Below are positions 37,571-50,069 of a DNA stretch of 64,000 nt, piece after piece (position 1 is the first letter of the stretch; each line of letters begins with the position of its first letter). Below the pieces are notes generated by a model. It did not search any database. It was not told where the DNA came from and saw only the letters and a program-made list of their open reading frames with translations. The DNA comes from Pristiophorus japonicus (Eukaryota): contig NC_091984.1 of assembly GCF_044704955.1 (NCBI RefSeq), forward strand, positions 145,576,001-145,640,000. The letters are read 5' to 3'. Position numbers and translations under genes: made by a program.

Positions 37571-38044
37571 GGTTTTACACATGACTGACACACAGCTCGA
37601 TGGGAGTGACGGCAGGAATATTCAGCTGGAAGCTGCAGTGAATTGGGAAAGGATGGAGTGGGTCAGAGAGGAGTTGGGGCTGTGTCTTCATCACTGACAA
37701 TCTCACAGCTCTACTCTGTACATTCAGACAGCACGGAGACACTGGGTGGTCCTGTGTCCTCAATCCAAATAATCTCACAAACCCCCCACTATTGAGAGGG
37801 CCACAACTTATTAAACCCAAAGCATAAACATGAAAGGAAAGTGAACAAGTGAAATGGTCGTGCTCTTTCCCTGCCCACCCCACACTCCAGGCCCTGCGGT
37901 GCCCACCCATCGCAGAAGGCCTCAGGCCTACCCTGGGCTCCATCCCCAGGGCCACCCGGGTGTGGACAACGCCCCCGAAGGGAGACAGGCAGGCAGTGCG
38001 ACCACCCCATGGGCCCCGTCCAACTGCGACCTGTGAATGGTCAC

Positions 38045-38620
38045 CTCCGACCTGCCCACTCCACCCGCACTGGGTGACCAGACCCAGGAGCAGGCCCACG
38101 GGGAAGCCCTCCGACCTGCCCACTCCCCCGGCACTGGGTGACCAGACCCAGGAGCAGGCCCACGGGGAGGCCCTCCGACCTGCCCACTCCACCCGCAGCG
38201 GGTGACCAGACCCAGGAGCAGGCCCACGGGGAGGCCCTCCGACCTGCCCACTCCACCCGCAGCGGGTGACCAGACCCAGGAGCAGGCCCACGGGGAAGCC
38301 CTCCGACCTGCCCACTCCCCCGGCACTGGGTTGCCAGGCCCAGGAGCAGGCCCACGGGGAGGCCCTCCGACCTGCCGACTCCCCCCGCACCGGGTGACCA
38401 GGCCCAGGAGCGTGGGACTGAAGTGGATCCAGAAATCGAGGAGCAGCCCCTTCAAATAGTGGAAGAGGGGCTGCATCCTCTCACACTCCACGTACACACG
38501 ATTCACGGACTGAGGAAACAGGTTTCTAAAGCCCCTGAAACTCGTTATTTTATAATGATCCCCGAGGAAGGCCTGTGTCAGCAACACAAACATCTCGCTT
38601 GCAGACGGAGCCCGTTGTTC
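38045..38620 (-). mobile_element. Tx1-like L1 3' ORF fragment with a 64-bp tandem expansion (38045-38411)
   Basis: VYVECERMQPLFHYLKGLLLDFWIHFSPTLL..GRSEGLPVGLLLG matches the ORF at 44900-45712; units start at 38045, 38109, 38173, 38237, 38301 and 38365. Confidence 0.85.
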
Positions 38621-38779
38621 AAGGGGCACAAAGAGGTGAGCCCTGTGTGATGGGGACTTTCATTCTCCAGCAATTCCGTGGCCCCAGGGTTACCGTCTGA
38701 TGGGGCGGGAAGGGCAGCTGGGAGATTTGTCCCAAACACGTTGGATCTCCCGGGCACTGCCACAGGCAACTCGGACACA

Positions 38780-39060
38780 GGGAGAGGGAGGGAGAGAGAG
38801 AATGAGGGAGGGAAGGAGTGAGAGTGAAGGAGTGAGAGAAAGAGAGTGAGAGGGAAGGAAAGAGAGACTGAGGGAGAGAGAGAGAGAGAGGGAGTGAGTG
38901 AGGGGAAGATGCAGAGAGAGAGTGAAGGAGAAAGGTGAGAGAGAGAAAAAATGAAAGAGTGAGAGAGAAACCGAGAGAGCAACAGATAGAGTGAGACACT
39001 GAGAAAGAGACAGAGGGAGACACACACACAGACAGAGAGAGGGGTAGAGAGACTGAGTGA
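38780..39060 (+). repeat. GA-rich polypurine tract immediately 5' of the J RSS
   Basis: ~280 nt of (GA)n-like low-complexity sequence. Confidence 0.85.
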
Positions 39061-39072
39061 GCCAGGGACGGA

Positions 39073-39111
39073 GGATATTGTACAGCCGCTGCACTGGAAG
39101 CTGTCACTGTG
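39073..39111 (-). other. J 23-RSS
   Basis: GGATATTGT (nonamer, 7/9) + 23-nt spacer ACAGCCGCTGCACTGGAAGCTGT + CACTGTG (consensus heptamer on the - strand). Confidence 0.9.
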
Positions 39112-39146
39112 GCTCACGTTCGGTAAAGGAACCAAGCTCAGACTGA
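39112..39146 (+). CDS. IGKJ: Ig kappa-type J segment
   Basis: G CTC ACG TTC GGT AAA GGA ACC AAG CTC AGA CTG A|GTAAGT = LTFGKGTKLRL(S); FGxGT motif; the phase-1 donor fits the C acceptor. Confidence 0.95.
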
Positions 39147-40231
39147 GTAAGTAAACCCCAATGCTCCGTTGTTAACACTTTAAATACTGAATCTTTCTTA
39201 GACACAAATGCTGAATATGCGAAGGTGTTTGTTTACATATGATTACGTTTGATCCTCCCATCTTTCCTCATCTAAATCTATCAGCATAACCCTCTATTCC
39301 CTTCTCCCTCATATCCCTGTCTAGCCTCCCCTTAAATACATCGATACTATTCACTTCAATCACTCCCTGTGGTAGCCAGTTCCACATTCTCACCAGTCTC
39401 TGGGTAAAGAATGTTCTCCTGAATTACCGATTGGATTTCTTGCTGACTATCTTATATTGATGGCCTCTAGTTCTGCTCTTCCCCACAAGTGGAAACACTC
39501 TCTCTGTATCCACTCTATCAAATCCTTTCCTAATGTAAAAGAACTCTATCAGGTCACCCCTCAGCCTCAAGAGAAAAGAGCCCCAGCCTGTTCATCCTTT
39601 CCTGATATGTATATCCTCGCATTTCTGGTCCCATCCTTGTAAACCTTTACTGCACCCTCTCCAGTGCCTGTGTATGGGTTTTATAATGTGGTGGGGAGCT
39701 GCGGTGAATGAAAGGGTTAATTGAAGAATGCTGTGTATGACAGGGAGCCCGGCTGTATTCCTTTACCCACACTCCCCCTTCACCCAGCAAAGTATAAGTA
39801 ACGAACTGTTACCCACCGTGTGGAGGAGATCTGGACGTTGGCACACTGCGGTCCCATCCCTGCACCATCCCCGGAAATCGCTCCCGAGCCTCCTGCCTGT
39901 CTCAGTGTGACAGACACGGTGTGTGAGACACGGTCAGAGTGTGGGTGTGAGTGAGTGAGCTCGCTGGGGGCAGTCTGTGCTCCTGTCACAGTCTCTGATA
40001 TAACTGGGCTCAGCCTCAGCACACTGACGCTCCCGAGGTCCCACCTCCCCCAGCTCCAACTCTGATCTGTCCAGCCCCCGCTCACCTCCTGTCCAACTTC
40101 TGATCACAAACAGGGGCAGCAGGGCTCGCAATCCGGCGGCTGCAGTGCTCCAGGGTTGTGGGGAGACTCTCAGTTGCTGTTTCTGTGGCTCGAGTTCAGG
40201 CCGATATTTATCCCTCAAACTACATCACTTA

Positions 40232-42172
40232 AACATAGAAAATAGGAGCAGTAGTAGGCCATTCAGCCCTTCGAGTCTGCACCGACATTCAATATGATCA
40301 TGTCTGATCCCCTGTCTCAACACCATATTCCCTCTTTTTCCCTATACCCTTTGATGCCTTTTGTAAGCCAAGGGGGAAGCCATTTAGGACCGAGATGAGG
40401 AGAAACTTCTTCACCCAGAGAGTGGTGAACCTGTGGAATTCTCTACCACAGAAAGTTGTTGAGGCCAATTCACTAAATATATTAAAAAAGGCGTTGGATG
40501 AAGTCCTTACTACTAGGGGGATCAAGGGGTATGGCAAGAAAGCAGGAATGGGGTACTGAAGTTGCATGTTCAGACATGAACTCATTGAATGGTGGTGCAG
40601 GCTAGAAGGGCCGAATGGCCTACTCCTGCACCTATTTTCTATGTTTCTATGTTTCTAGAAATCCATCTATCTGCCTCTTAAATATATTCAGTGATTTGGC
40701 CTCCACAGCCTTCTGTGGTGGAGAATTCCACAGGTTCTCCACCCTCTGAGTGAAAACATTTCTCCTCATCTCGGTCCTAAATTTCCTGCCTCGTATCCTG
40801 AGATTGTGACCACTTATTCTAAACTTCCCAGCCCGGGAAAACATCCTCCCCAGATCCAGTCTATCCAACCCAGTCAGAATTTTATATGTTTCAATGAGAT
40901 CCCCTCATTCTTCTAAACTCTAGTGACTGCAGGCCCAGTCGACCCAATCTCTTTTTATACGACAGTCCTGCCATCCCAGGAATCAGTCTGGTGAACCTTC
41001 GCTGCACTCCCTCTATGGCAAGGATATCCTTTCTTAGGTAAGGAGACCAAAGCTGCACATAATACTCCAGGTGCGGTCTCACCAAGGCCCTGTAGTAAGA
41101 CCTCGTTGCTCAAATCCTCTTCCAATGAAGGCCAATGTACCATTTGCTTTCCTAACTGCTTGCTGCACCTGTATGTTTGCTTTCACTGACTGGTGTACAA
41201 GAACACCCAGGTCCCTCTGTACATCGACACTTCACAAACCATCACCATTTAAATAATACTTTGTCCTTATGTTTTTCCTACCAAAGTGAGTAACTTCACA
41301 TTTATCCACAATATGTTACATCTGTCATGTGTTTGCTCACTCATTCAACCTATCTAAGTTTCATTGCATCCTCCTCACAACTCATAATCCCATCTAATTT
41401 TGTGCTGTCAGCAAACTTGGAAATATTACATTTGGTTCCCTCATTCAAATCATTTATTTATACATTGTGAATATCTGGGGCCCAAGCACTGATCCCTGTG
41501 GTACCCCACTCGTCACTGCCCGCCACCCTGAAACACACCCATTTATTCCGACTGTTTCCTGTCAGTTAACCAATTTTCAATCCATGCCAATACATTACCC
41601 ACAATCCTATGTGCTTTAATTTTGCACACTAACTTCTTATGTGGGATTTTTATCGAAAGCCTTCTGAAAATCCAAATACACAACATCCACTGGTTCTCCA
41701 TTATATATTCTATCAGTTAGATCCTCAAAAAACTCCAGTAGGTTCCTTTCATAAATCCACGTGACTGTCTTTAACCCCGTTGATGTTATCTAAGTGCGCC
41801 GTTATCACATCCTTTATAATAGACTCTAGCATTTTCCCTATTAATGACCGGTCTGTAGTTCCCCGTTTTCTCTCTCTCTCCCTCCTTTTTTAAATAGTGG
41901 GGTTACATTTGCCACCCTCCAATCTGCAGGAACTGTTCTATAATCTATAGAATTTTGGAAGATGACAATCAATGGATCTACTATTTCCACGGCTACCTCT
42001 TTTAATACTCTGGGATGCAGATCATCAGACCCTGGGGATTTATCGGCCTTCAGGCCCATTAGTTTCTCCAGCACTATTTTCTTACTAATAATCATTTCCT
42101 TTAATTCCTCTTGTTCACTGGACCCATGGTTCACGAGCATTTCTGGGAAGTTATTTGTATCCTCCTCCGTGA
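40232..42172 (-). mobile_element. CR1 ORF2 fragment with a nested young + strand CR1 3' end (~40365-40635)
   Basis: KSPGSDDLHPRVLKE and VRPHLEYYVQLWSP on the - strand; nested piece ends in (TTTCTATG)n. Confidence 0.88.
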
Positions 42173-42896
42173 AGAGAACATTTATCTCAGTGCTGTGTGT
42201 GGGAGCTTGCTGTGCACAATTTGGCTCCCGTGTTGGCCACATTACAACAGTGACTACACTTCAAAATGTACTTCATTGGCTGTGAAGCACTTTGGAACAT
42301 CCTGAGGTGTGAAAGGTGCTATATAAATGCAGGTCTTTCTTTAATTTCTCTTTTCTTTTTGTTAACTGGGACTCGCACAATTCCCCTGCTGATTAAACTT
42401 GGACCCAGCAGAAAATCCTCAGATCACGGACTAACGTTCCATAAGAACATGGGAATTAGGAGCAGGAGGAGGCCATTTGGCCCCTCGAGCCTGCTCCACC
42501 ATTCAATGAGATCATGCCTGTCTTCTACCTCAACTCCACTTTCCTGCACTGTCCCCATATCCATCGATCCCTTAATATCCAAAAATCTATCGATCTCCGG
42601 AATATACTCAAGGACTGAGCCTCCACAGCCCTCTGGGGTAGAGAATTCCAGAGATTCACCACCCTCTGAATGAAGAGGTTTCTCCTCATCTCAGTCCTAA
42701 ATGGTCGACCCCTTATTCTGAGACTGTGACCCCTGGTTCTAGACTTCCCAGCCAGAGGAAACATCTTCCCTGCATCTACCCTGTCAAGCCCTGTCAGAAT
42801 ATTGTATGATTCAATGAGATCCCCTCTCATTCTTCGAAACACTAGAGAATATAAGCCTAATATACTCGATCTCTCCATAGGACAATCCCCCCATCC

Positions 42897-43130
42897 CAGA
42901 TGTCCGTCTGATGTGTTTGCGTGTTTGTCACACGTGACGGAGCAGATGTTCCACCAGCAACACAGGACGTTACCTCAGTGCCCGGCCCACTTTCCCCATC
43001 CACTTACCACATTCTTACAGGTAAACGGGCTCAGCACCTGCCCTCGGCCGGTGAAATGTCTCCCCTCTACACCACAGGCTGCCCGTCATCTGCTCCCAAT
43101 CTCACTCCTGAAGGCACTACCTCTGGCTGG
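42897..43130 (+). promoter_or_regulatory. Candidate J-C intronic enhancer (E-box cluster)
   Basis: CAGATG 42897, CACGTG 42931, CAGATG 42943, CACCTG 43035 and CATCTG 43087 in a non-repeat block duplicated at ~54411-54650. Confidence 0.4.
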
Positions 43131-43142
43131 GGCTCAGCTCCT

Positions 43143-43322
43143 CTCCCCAAGTGGGCTCACTGTCCCAGTGTGAGCCTAGAGACTGAGCTCCCCAAGTGGG
43201 CTCACTGTCCCAGTGTGAGCCCAGAGACTGAGCTCCCCAAATGGCCTCATTGTCCCAGTGTGAGCCCAGAGACTGAGCTCCCCAAGTGGGCTCATTGTCC
43301 CAGTGTGAGTCCAGAGAGTGAG
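43143..43322. repeat. 45-bp tandem repeat x4 with an internal inverted repeat
   Basis: CTCCCCAAGTGGGCTCACTGTCCCAGTGTGAGCCCAGAGACTGAG; single copy in the paralog at ~54666-54710. Confidence 0.9.
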
Positions 43323-43974
43323 CGTGTCAGGCTAATCGACCGTGAGGTGTCAGCCGTGGCTCAGTCGCTAGCATGCTCGGTTCTGAGAAAAGGAAGATTT
43401 GCATTTATATAGCGCCTTTCACGACCACCAGACATCCCAAAGTGCTTTACAGCCAATGAAGTACTTTTTGAAGTGTACTCACTGTTGTAATGTGGGAAAC
43501 TCAGCAGCCAATTTGTGCACAGCAAGCTCCCACAAACAGCAATGTGCTGATGACCAAATAACCTGTTTTTGTTCCGTTGATTGTGGGATAAATATTGGCC
43601 AGGACACCGGAGTTTGATTAGAACCCACAATCTCTGACTCAGAAGCGAGGGTGGTTCCAACTGAGCCACTGGCTGATACCATTCGGCCCATCGTGTCCGT
43701 GCCAGCCGACAAAGATCTATCCAGCCTAATCCCACTTTCCAGCTCTGGGTCCGTAGCTCTGTAGGTTACGGCACTTCAAGTGCACATCCAAGTACTACTT
43801 AAATGTGGTGAGGGTTTCTGCCTCTACCACCCTTTCAGGTAGTGAGTTCCAGACCCCCACCACCCTCTGGATGAAAAGGATTCTCCTCAACTACCCACTA
43901 ATCGTTCTATCAATTACTTTAAATCTGTGACACCTGGTTAGTGACCCTGCTGCAGAGGGAAATAGGTCTTGTCC

Positions 43975-45830
43975 GCATCCTCCGCCAGGATCAACTGGGA
44001 AATGTTCCGCACTCCTGGTGGGTCAGTGGCAGGTGGACTCCCTGCCGGAGGAGCTCAGGCCTTTTGCCTAGAGCACAACCCATCTCCTCTATCTGGGAGT
44101 TTACCTGAGCCCTGACGAGGAAGCCTGGCCGGCGAACTGTCAGGAGCTGGAGGCCAAAGTCGCCGCTCACCTAGGGCGCTAGACAGGACTGCTCCGAGTG
44201 CTGTCCTACAGGGGTCCAGTGCTAGTCATAAACCAGCTGGTGGCCTCCATGCTGTGGTACCGGCTGGTCACTTTGACCCCTCCCCCTGCGTTTGTCGCCA
44301 AGATACAGAAGAAGCTGGTGGACTTCTTCTGGAACAACAGGAAACATTGGGTCTTTGCTGCGGTTTTAAGTCTCCCGCTTAGGGAGGGTGGTCAGGCGTC
44401 GGTGTGCATCAGTACCCAGCATGCGACTTTCCGTCTTCAGACCCTACAGAGATACCTGTATGTCGAGCCCCCTCCTAGGTGCATTGGGGACGTATTTCTT
44501 CCGCCAGCAGTACTGCCTCAATTATGACACGCAGCTCCTGTTTGTGAGCCTGGGAGGCATCAAGACCCCCATACAGGGGCTTCCTGTCTTTTACCAGGAA
44601 TTCATCAGAGTCTGGAACAGTGTCGCCACCAAGCGCAGGTCTCCCCCGTCTGGAGTGGCAGCTGTCCTGCAGGAGCCGCTGCTCAGGAATCTGTACCTCC
44701 ATGACCGCGGTTTTAGGTGGCAGGCAGACGAGAGTGCTGTGGCTGGCGAGGTGACCAGGATCAGGGATCTGCTCGATGGCGGAGGAGCGGGCTGGATGGT
44801 GCCAGACGTGGTCGGACGTTGCCTAAACTGGGTCAACATCCAGCGCGCGGCCAATGCCATCGAGTCGCTAAAAACAGCACTGGTCCCTGACTCCGTTAGG
44901 TGTGCCGTGGAGGCTCAAGCACGTGGGCCGATCCCCTCCGAACTGACCCCCGTCCAGACAGAATTCCTCATCGCACCAAGCCCCGAAACCTCCTTTGGGA
45001 GCCGGCGCCTCCCAACTTGAGCCTCCTCGGGGAAATCCCCTCCGTGCCTTTCAGTTCCGCGCGGAGGGGTTTCCTGTACGGGCTGCTCCTGCACACTCTC
45101 AACCTTGCCATCCTCGTCTGCCGTCCAGACATGCCATGGCGTACCATCTTGTCGTCCGGAGGAGGCGGGGGTCCCCAGTGGAGTGCACTCTACGCAGGAG
45201 TCCTCCCTCTATTTATTGGGGACTTGGCCTGGAGGGTGTTGCACGGAGCACTCCCATGCAATAAGTTTTTAAGTCGGTTCACGGGCTCCCAGGCCGCCTG
45301 CAATTTCTGCTGTCTGGAAGAGTCCGTGTTCCTTGTTTTTATGGAGTGTGTGAGGTTGCAGCCCCTCTTCTGTTATTTGAAGGGGCTGCTCCTCAAATTC
45401 TGGTTGCACTTCAGTCCCATACTCCTGATCTTTGGGCACCCTGTGCGGAGAGGAGCGGGCAGATCAGAAGGCCTCCCCGTAGGACTGCTCCTCGGCATGG
45501 GCAAGGGGGCCATTAGCCGGTCCAGGCAGCGGGCGGTCGAGGGGGTTGTTCATCCTGACTGCCTGCCTCTCTTCCTCGGTTACATCCGAGCCAGGGTATC
45601 CCTGGAGCTGGAGCACGCGGTGTCCACCGGTACGCTCGCGGCCTTCCACGAGAGGTGGGCACCGGAGGGACTGGAGTGCATCATCACCCCCGGCAACCAA
45701 ATTTTAATTTGATCATTTAATTTTATAGTTTAATTTGTTTAATTTGCCAGTTTTAGTGCCCCCCCCCCCTTTTTGGCCCAGGGAACACTTGTATAATTTG
45801 TGTGTTGGTGCCCTCAAAAAAAAAAAGGGC
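43975..45830 (+). mobile_element. Tx1-like L1-clade element, 3' part (RT C-terminus plus zf-RVT-like Cys motif)
   Basis: LSYRGPVLVINQLVASMLWY, DLAWRVLHGALP..CNFCCLEESVFLVFMEC; frameshifted; A-run at ~45816. Confidence 0.85.
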
Positions 45831-45914
45831 ACTGGAAAAATGTATCTTGGTGTATGACCCTCCCCCCGCCCCCCTTCAGGGGGCATTTGTTTAAAGTGCA
45901 CAAATAAAATAGTT

Positions 45915-48145
45915 GTGGGAAATAGGTCCTCCTTAACCACTCTATCTCGGCCCCTCATAATTTTATACACCTCAATTAAATCTCCCCTCAGCCTCCTCTG
46001 CTCCAAAGAAAATAACCCAGCCTATCCAATCTTTCATCATAACTAAAATTTTCCAGTCCTGGTAACATCCTCGTAAATCTCCTTTGTACTCTAGCTGTGG
46101 CCGAACTACTATTTTAAACAGTTATAGCATAACCTCCCTGCTCTTATATTCAATGCCACGACTAATAAAGGCAAGTGTCCCATATGCCTTCTTAGCCACC
46201 TTATCTACCTGGCCTGCTACCTTCAAGGGATCTGTGGTCCTGCACTCCAAGGTCCCTTTGTTCCTCTACACTTCTCAGGGTCCTACCATTTAATGTGTCT
46301 TCTCTTGCCTTGTTAGCCTTCCCCAAATGCATTACCTCACAGTTCTCTGCATTGAAATCCATTTGCCACTGTTCTGCCCACCTGACCAGTCCATTGATAC
46401 CTTCCTGAAGTCTACAGCTTTCTTCCTCACTATCATCTGCAAACTTCTTAATCATGTTCCCGAAATTGAAGTCTAAATCATTGGTGTATATTACAAAGAG
46501 TAAGGGACTGAGTACTGAGCCCTACGGAACCCCACTCGAAACAGCCTTCCAGTCACCAAAACACCCGTTGACCATTACACTTGGCTTCCTGCCACTGAGC
46601 CAATTTTGGATCCAACTTGCTACTTTCCCTTGGATCCCATGGGCTTTTACTTTTCTGCCACATGAGACTTTGCCAAATGCCTTGCAAAAATCCATGTAGA
46701 CTACATCAAAGGTGCAACACTCATCGACCCTCCTTGTTATCTCCGCAAAAAATTCACTCAAGTTAGTCAGGCACGACCTTCCCTTAACAATTCCACGCTG
46801 ACTGTCCTTGATTAATCTGTCGCTTTCTATATGACAATTTATCCTCTCCCTCAGAATTGTTTCCAATAATTTTCCCACCACCGAGGTTAGGCTGACTGGC
46901 CTGTAATTACTCGGTCTATCCCTTTCTCACTTTTTAAACAAAGGTACACGTTAGCAGTCCTCCAGTCCTCCGACACCACACCTGGAGCCAGAGAGGATTG
47001 GAAAATGATGGTCATAGCCTCTGCTATTTCCTCCCTTGCTTTTCTTAACAACCTGGGATACATTTTGATCTGGGCTTGGTGATTTATCCATTTTCAAAGC
47101 TGCTAAGCCCCTCAATACTTCCTCTCTCGCTATGTTTATCTTATCTCATATTTCACACTTCTCCTCCTGAATTACAATGTCTGCATCGTCCCTCTCTTCT
47201 GTGAAGACAGATGCAAAGTATTCACAAAGAACCATACCCACGTCTTCCGTCTCATCACACAGGTTATCTTTTTGGTCTCCAATAGGCCCCACTCTTGCCT
47301 TGCTCTTTATGTATTTATAAAACATCTTTGGGTTTTCCTTGATATTACTTGCCAATATGTTTTCATGCCCTCTCTTTGCATTCCTAATTTCCTTTTTAAT
47401 TTCACCCCTGCACTTTCTAAACTTCTCTGGGCTTTCTGCAGTATTTAGCTCTGGGTATCTGACATAAGCTTCCCTTTTTTGCCTTATCCTACCCTGTATG
47501 CCCTTTGCCATCCAGGGGCTCTAGATTTGGGAGTGCCACCCTTTTCCTTTGTGGGAACATACTTGCTCTGAACCCTCACTATCTCCCCGTTGAATACCTC
47601 CCACTGCTCTGACACTGATTTACCTTCAAGCAGCTGTTTCCAGCCCACTTTTGCTAAATCACCTCTCAGCTTAGTAAAATGGGCCTTTCCCCAATTGAGA
47701 ACCTTTATTCCTGCTCTATCTTTGTCCTTTTCCATAACTACGCTAAATCTAACTGAATTATAATCACTAGCACCAAAATGCTCTCCCACTGATACCCCTT
47801 CCACCTGCCCAGCTTCATTCCTTAAAACTAAGTCCAGAAACGCCCCCTCCCTTGTTGGGCTTGCTACGTACTGGCTATAACAGTTCTCCTGAATGCATTT
47901 GAAGAATTCTGCGACCTCTGTACCTTTGACACTGATTCCATCCCAGTTAATGTGAGGGGAGTTGAAATCCCCGACTATTGCTGCCCGATTTTTTTTGACC
48001 TTCTCAGCAATTTGCCGACATGTTTTCTCTTCTATCTCCCTCTGACTGTTTAGGGGTCGATAGTACACTCCCAGCAGTGTGATCGCCCCTTTTCTGTTCA
48101 TCATTTTAACCCATATGGACTCATTTGATGATCCTTCTAACATAT
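45915..48145 (-). mobile_element. Degenerate CR1 ORF2
   Basis: ORFs 47484-48143 (endonuclease) and 46522-46881 (RT); mirrored at 14865-16465. Confidence 0.9.
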
Positions 48146-50069
48146 CCTCCCTCTGTCAGAGGTGCTGTCTTTCAGATGAGACGTTAAACCAAAGTCCCGT
48201 CTGCCCTCTCAGGTGGACATGAAAGATCCCATAATTACTACTGGAAGGGCAAGGGGGTTCTTCCCAGTGTCCTGGCCAATATTTATCCCACAACAAACAT
48301 AGTTAAAACTGATGATCTGGTCATGATCTCATTGCAGTCTGGGAGCTTCATAGAATCAGAGAAATTTACAGCCTGAAAGGAGGCCATTCAGCCCATCGTG
48401 TCTGCGCCGGCCGACAAAGATCTATCCACCTTATCCCAGCTCTTGGTCCGTAGCCCTGTGGGTTACGGCATTTCAAGTGTACATCCAAGTACTTCTTAAA
48501 TGTGCTAAGAGTTTCTGCCTCTACCATCCTTTCAGGCAGTGAGTTCCAGACCCCCACCACCCTCTGGGTGATGACATTTCCCCTCAAATCCCCTCTAAAT
48601 CTCCGACCAATCACTTTAGATCTGTGCCCTGGTTATTGAGCCCTATGCTAAGTGAAATGGGTCCGTCTTATCCTTGCTATCGAGGGCCCTCATAATTTTA
48701 TACACCTCAATAAGGTCTCCCCTCAGCCTCCTCTGTTCCAAAGAAAACAACACCAGCCTATCCAATCTTTCCTCATGGCTAAAATTTTGCAGTCCAGGCA
48801 ACATCCTCGTAAACCTTCCTGTGTGCAATTGGTTGTGAAGCAACTTCGGAAGTCCTGAGGTTGTGAAAGGCGCTATATAAATTCAAGGCTTTCTTTCATT
48901 GAAGTGGGTGGGCCCTGATCCTGACCCTCAGCCATTGTCCGCGCACTCTGACCTTCCAGGAGGTCACGGGATCATTGGGAGCAGTGACCTTGCCTGACCC
49001 CTGTACACTGAGGCTAATTGTAGCCTCACCATTGACCTCACCCCGGTGCTGGGCAGCAAGCTTTTAAATGCAATCTAGAAGCTTCTACACCGACACCAAC
49101 ATGAAGCCTTGCTGAAGTGTGTTGAGACAAGTGTGCCGCAATGTTCCCGGATAAAGTTCTCCCGATCTGTGTGTGATCTGAGATTTCTCACTGCTGAGCC
49201 TGTTTCCCCTGTATCCACCCATCTACAGTTCGAGCTTCCTGCCAGTGAACAGTGTCTTAACGGGACACTCAGTCTTTACCGACTCTTACTGTTAACCATT
49301 TCAGTGCTGAATGTGTGCCAACCCTGCACTGCAGATGTTTATACAACAGTCCAATCTGATTTTGAGTATCAGCTGTTGCTCAGTGTGTTGCACTCTCGCA
49401 TCTGAGTCAGAAGGTTGTGGGATCAAGTCCCACTCTACGGACTTGAGCACAAAAATCGAGGCTGACACTCCAGTGCAGTGCTGAGGGAGCGCCGCACTGT
49501 CGGAGGGGCCGTCTTTCGGATGAGATGTAAAACCGAGGCCCCGTCTGCCCTCTCAGGTAGATGTAAAAGATCCCATGCCACTATTTTGAAGAAGAGCAGG
49601 GGAGTTCTCCCCGTGTCCTGGTCAATATTTAAACCTCAACCAACATGACAAAAGAACAGATTATCAGGTCGTCATCACATCGCTGTTTGTGGGAGCTTGC
49701 TGTGCGCAGATTGGCTGCCGTGTTTCCCACATTACAACAGTGACTGCACTCCAAAAGTACTTCATTGGCTGTAAAGTGCTTTGAGATGTCCGGTGGTTGT
49801 GAAAGTTGCAATATAAATGCAATATTTCCTTTTTTTTTTTAATCACCTTAATATCAAACGCATTTATATTTCGATCAAACTGATCAAGTGAGGCATAGAA
49901 GATTAAGAATTAGTGTTGTTCGCCTCGAATGGTTAATCACCAGCCAGGAGTTCATTAACCCAACTCTCCGTTATCAGATGTGAATTATCCCCACACGGAA
50001 ACACCCACAGTGACACACACACACACACACTAATATACACCTATTAAACATCCTTCTCCTCCCTTTCAG

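Noticed and set aside
49109-49405. 98-aa ORF preserved in two copies (also 59628-59924)
   Set aside because: Starts at TTG, runs into a SINE, has no recognisable domain and is deleted in the left arm; preservation is explained by duplicate identity.
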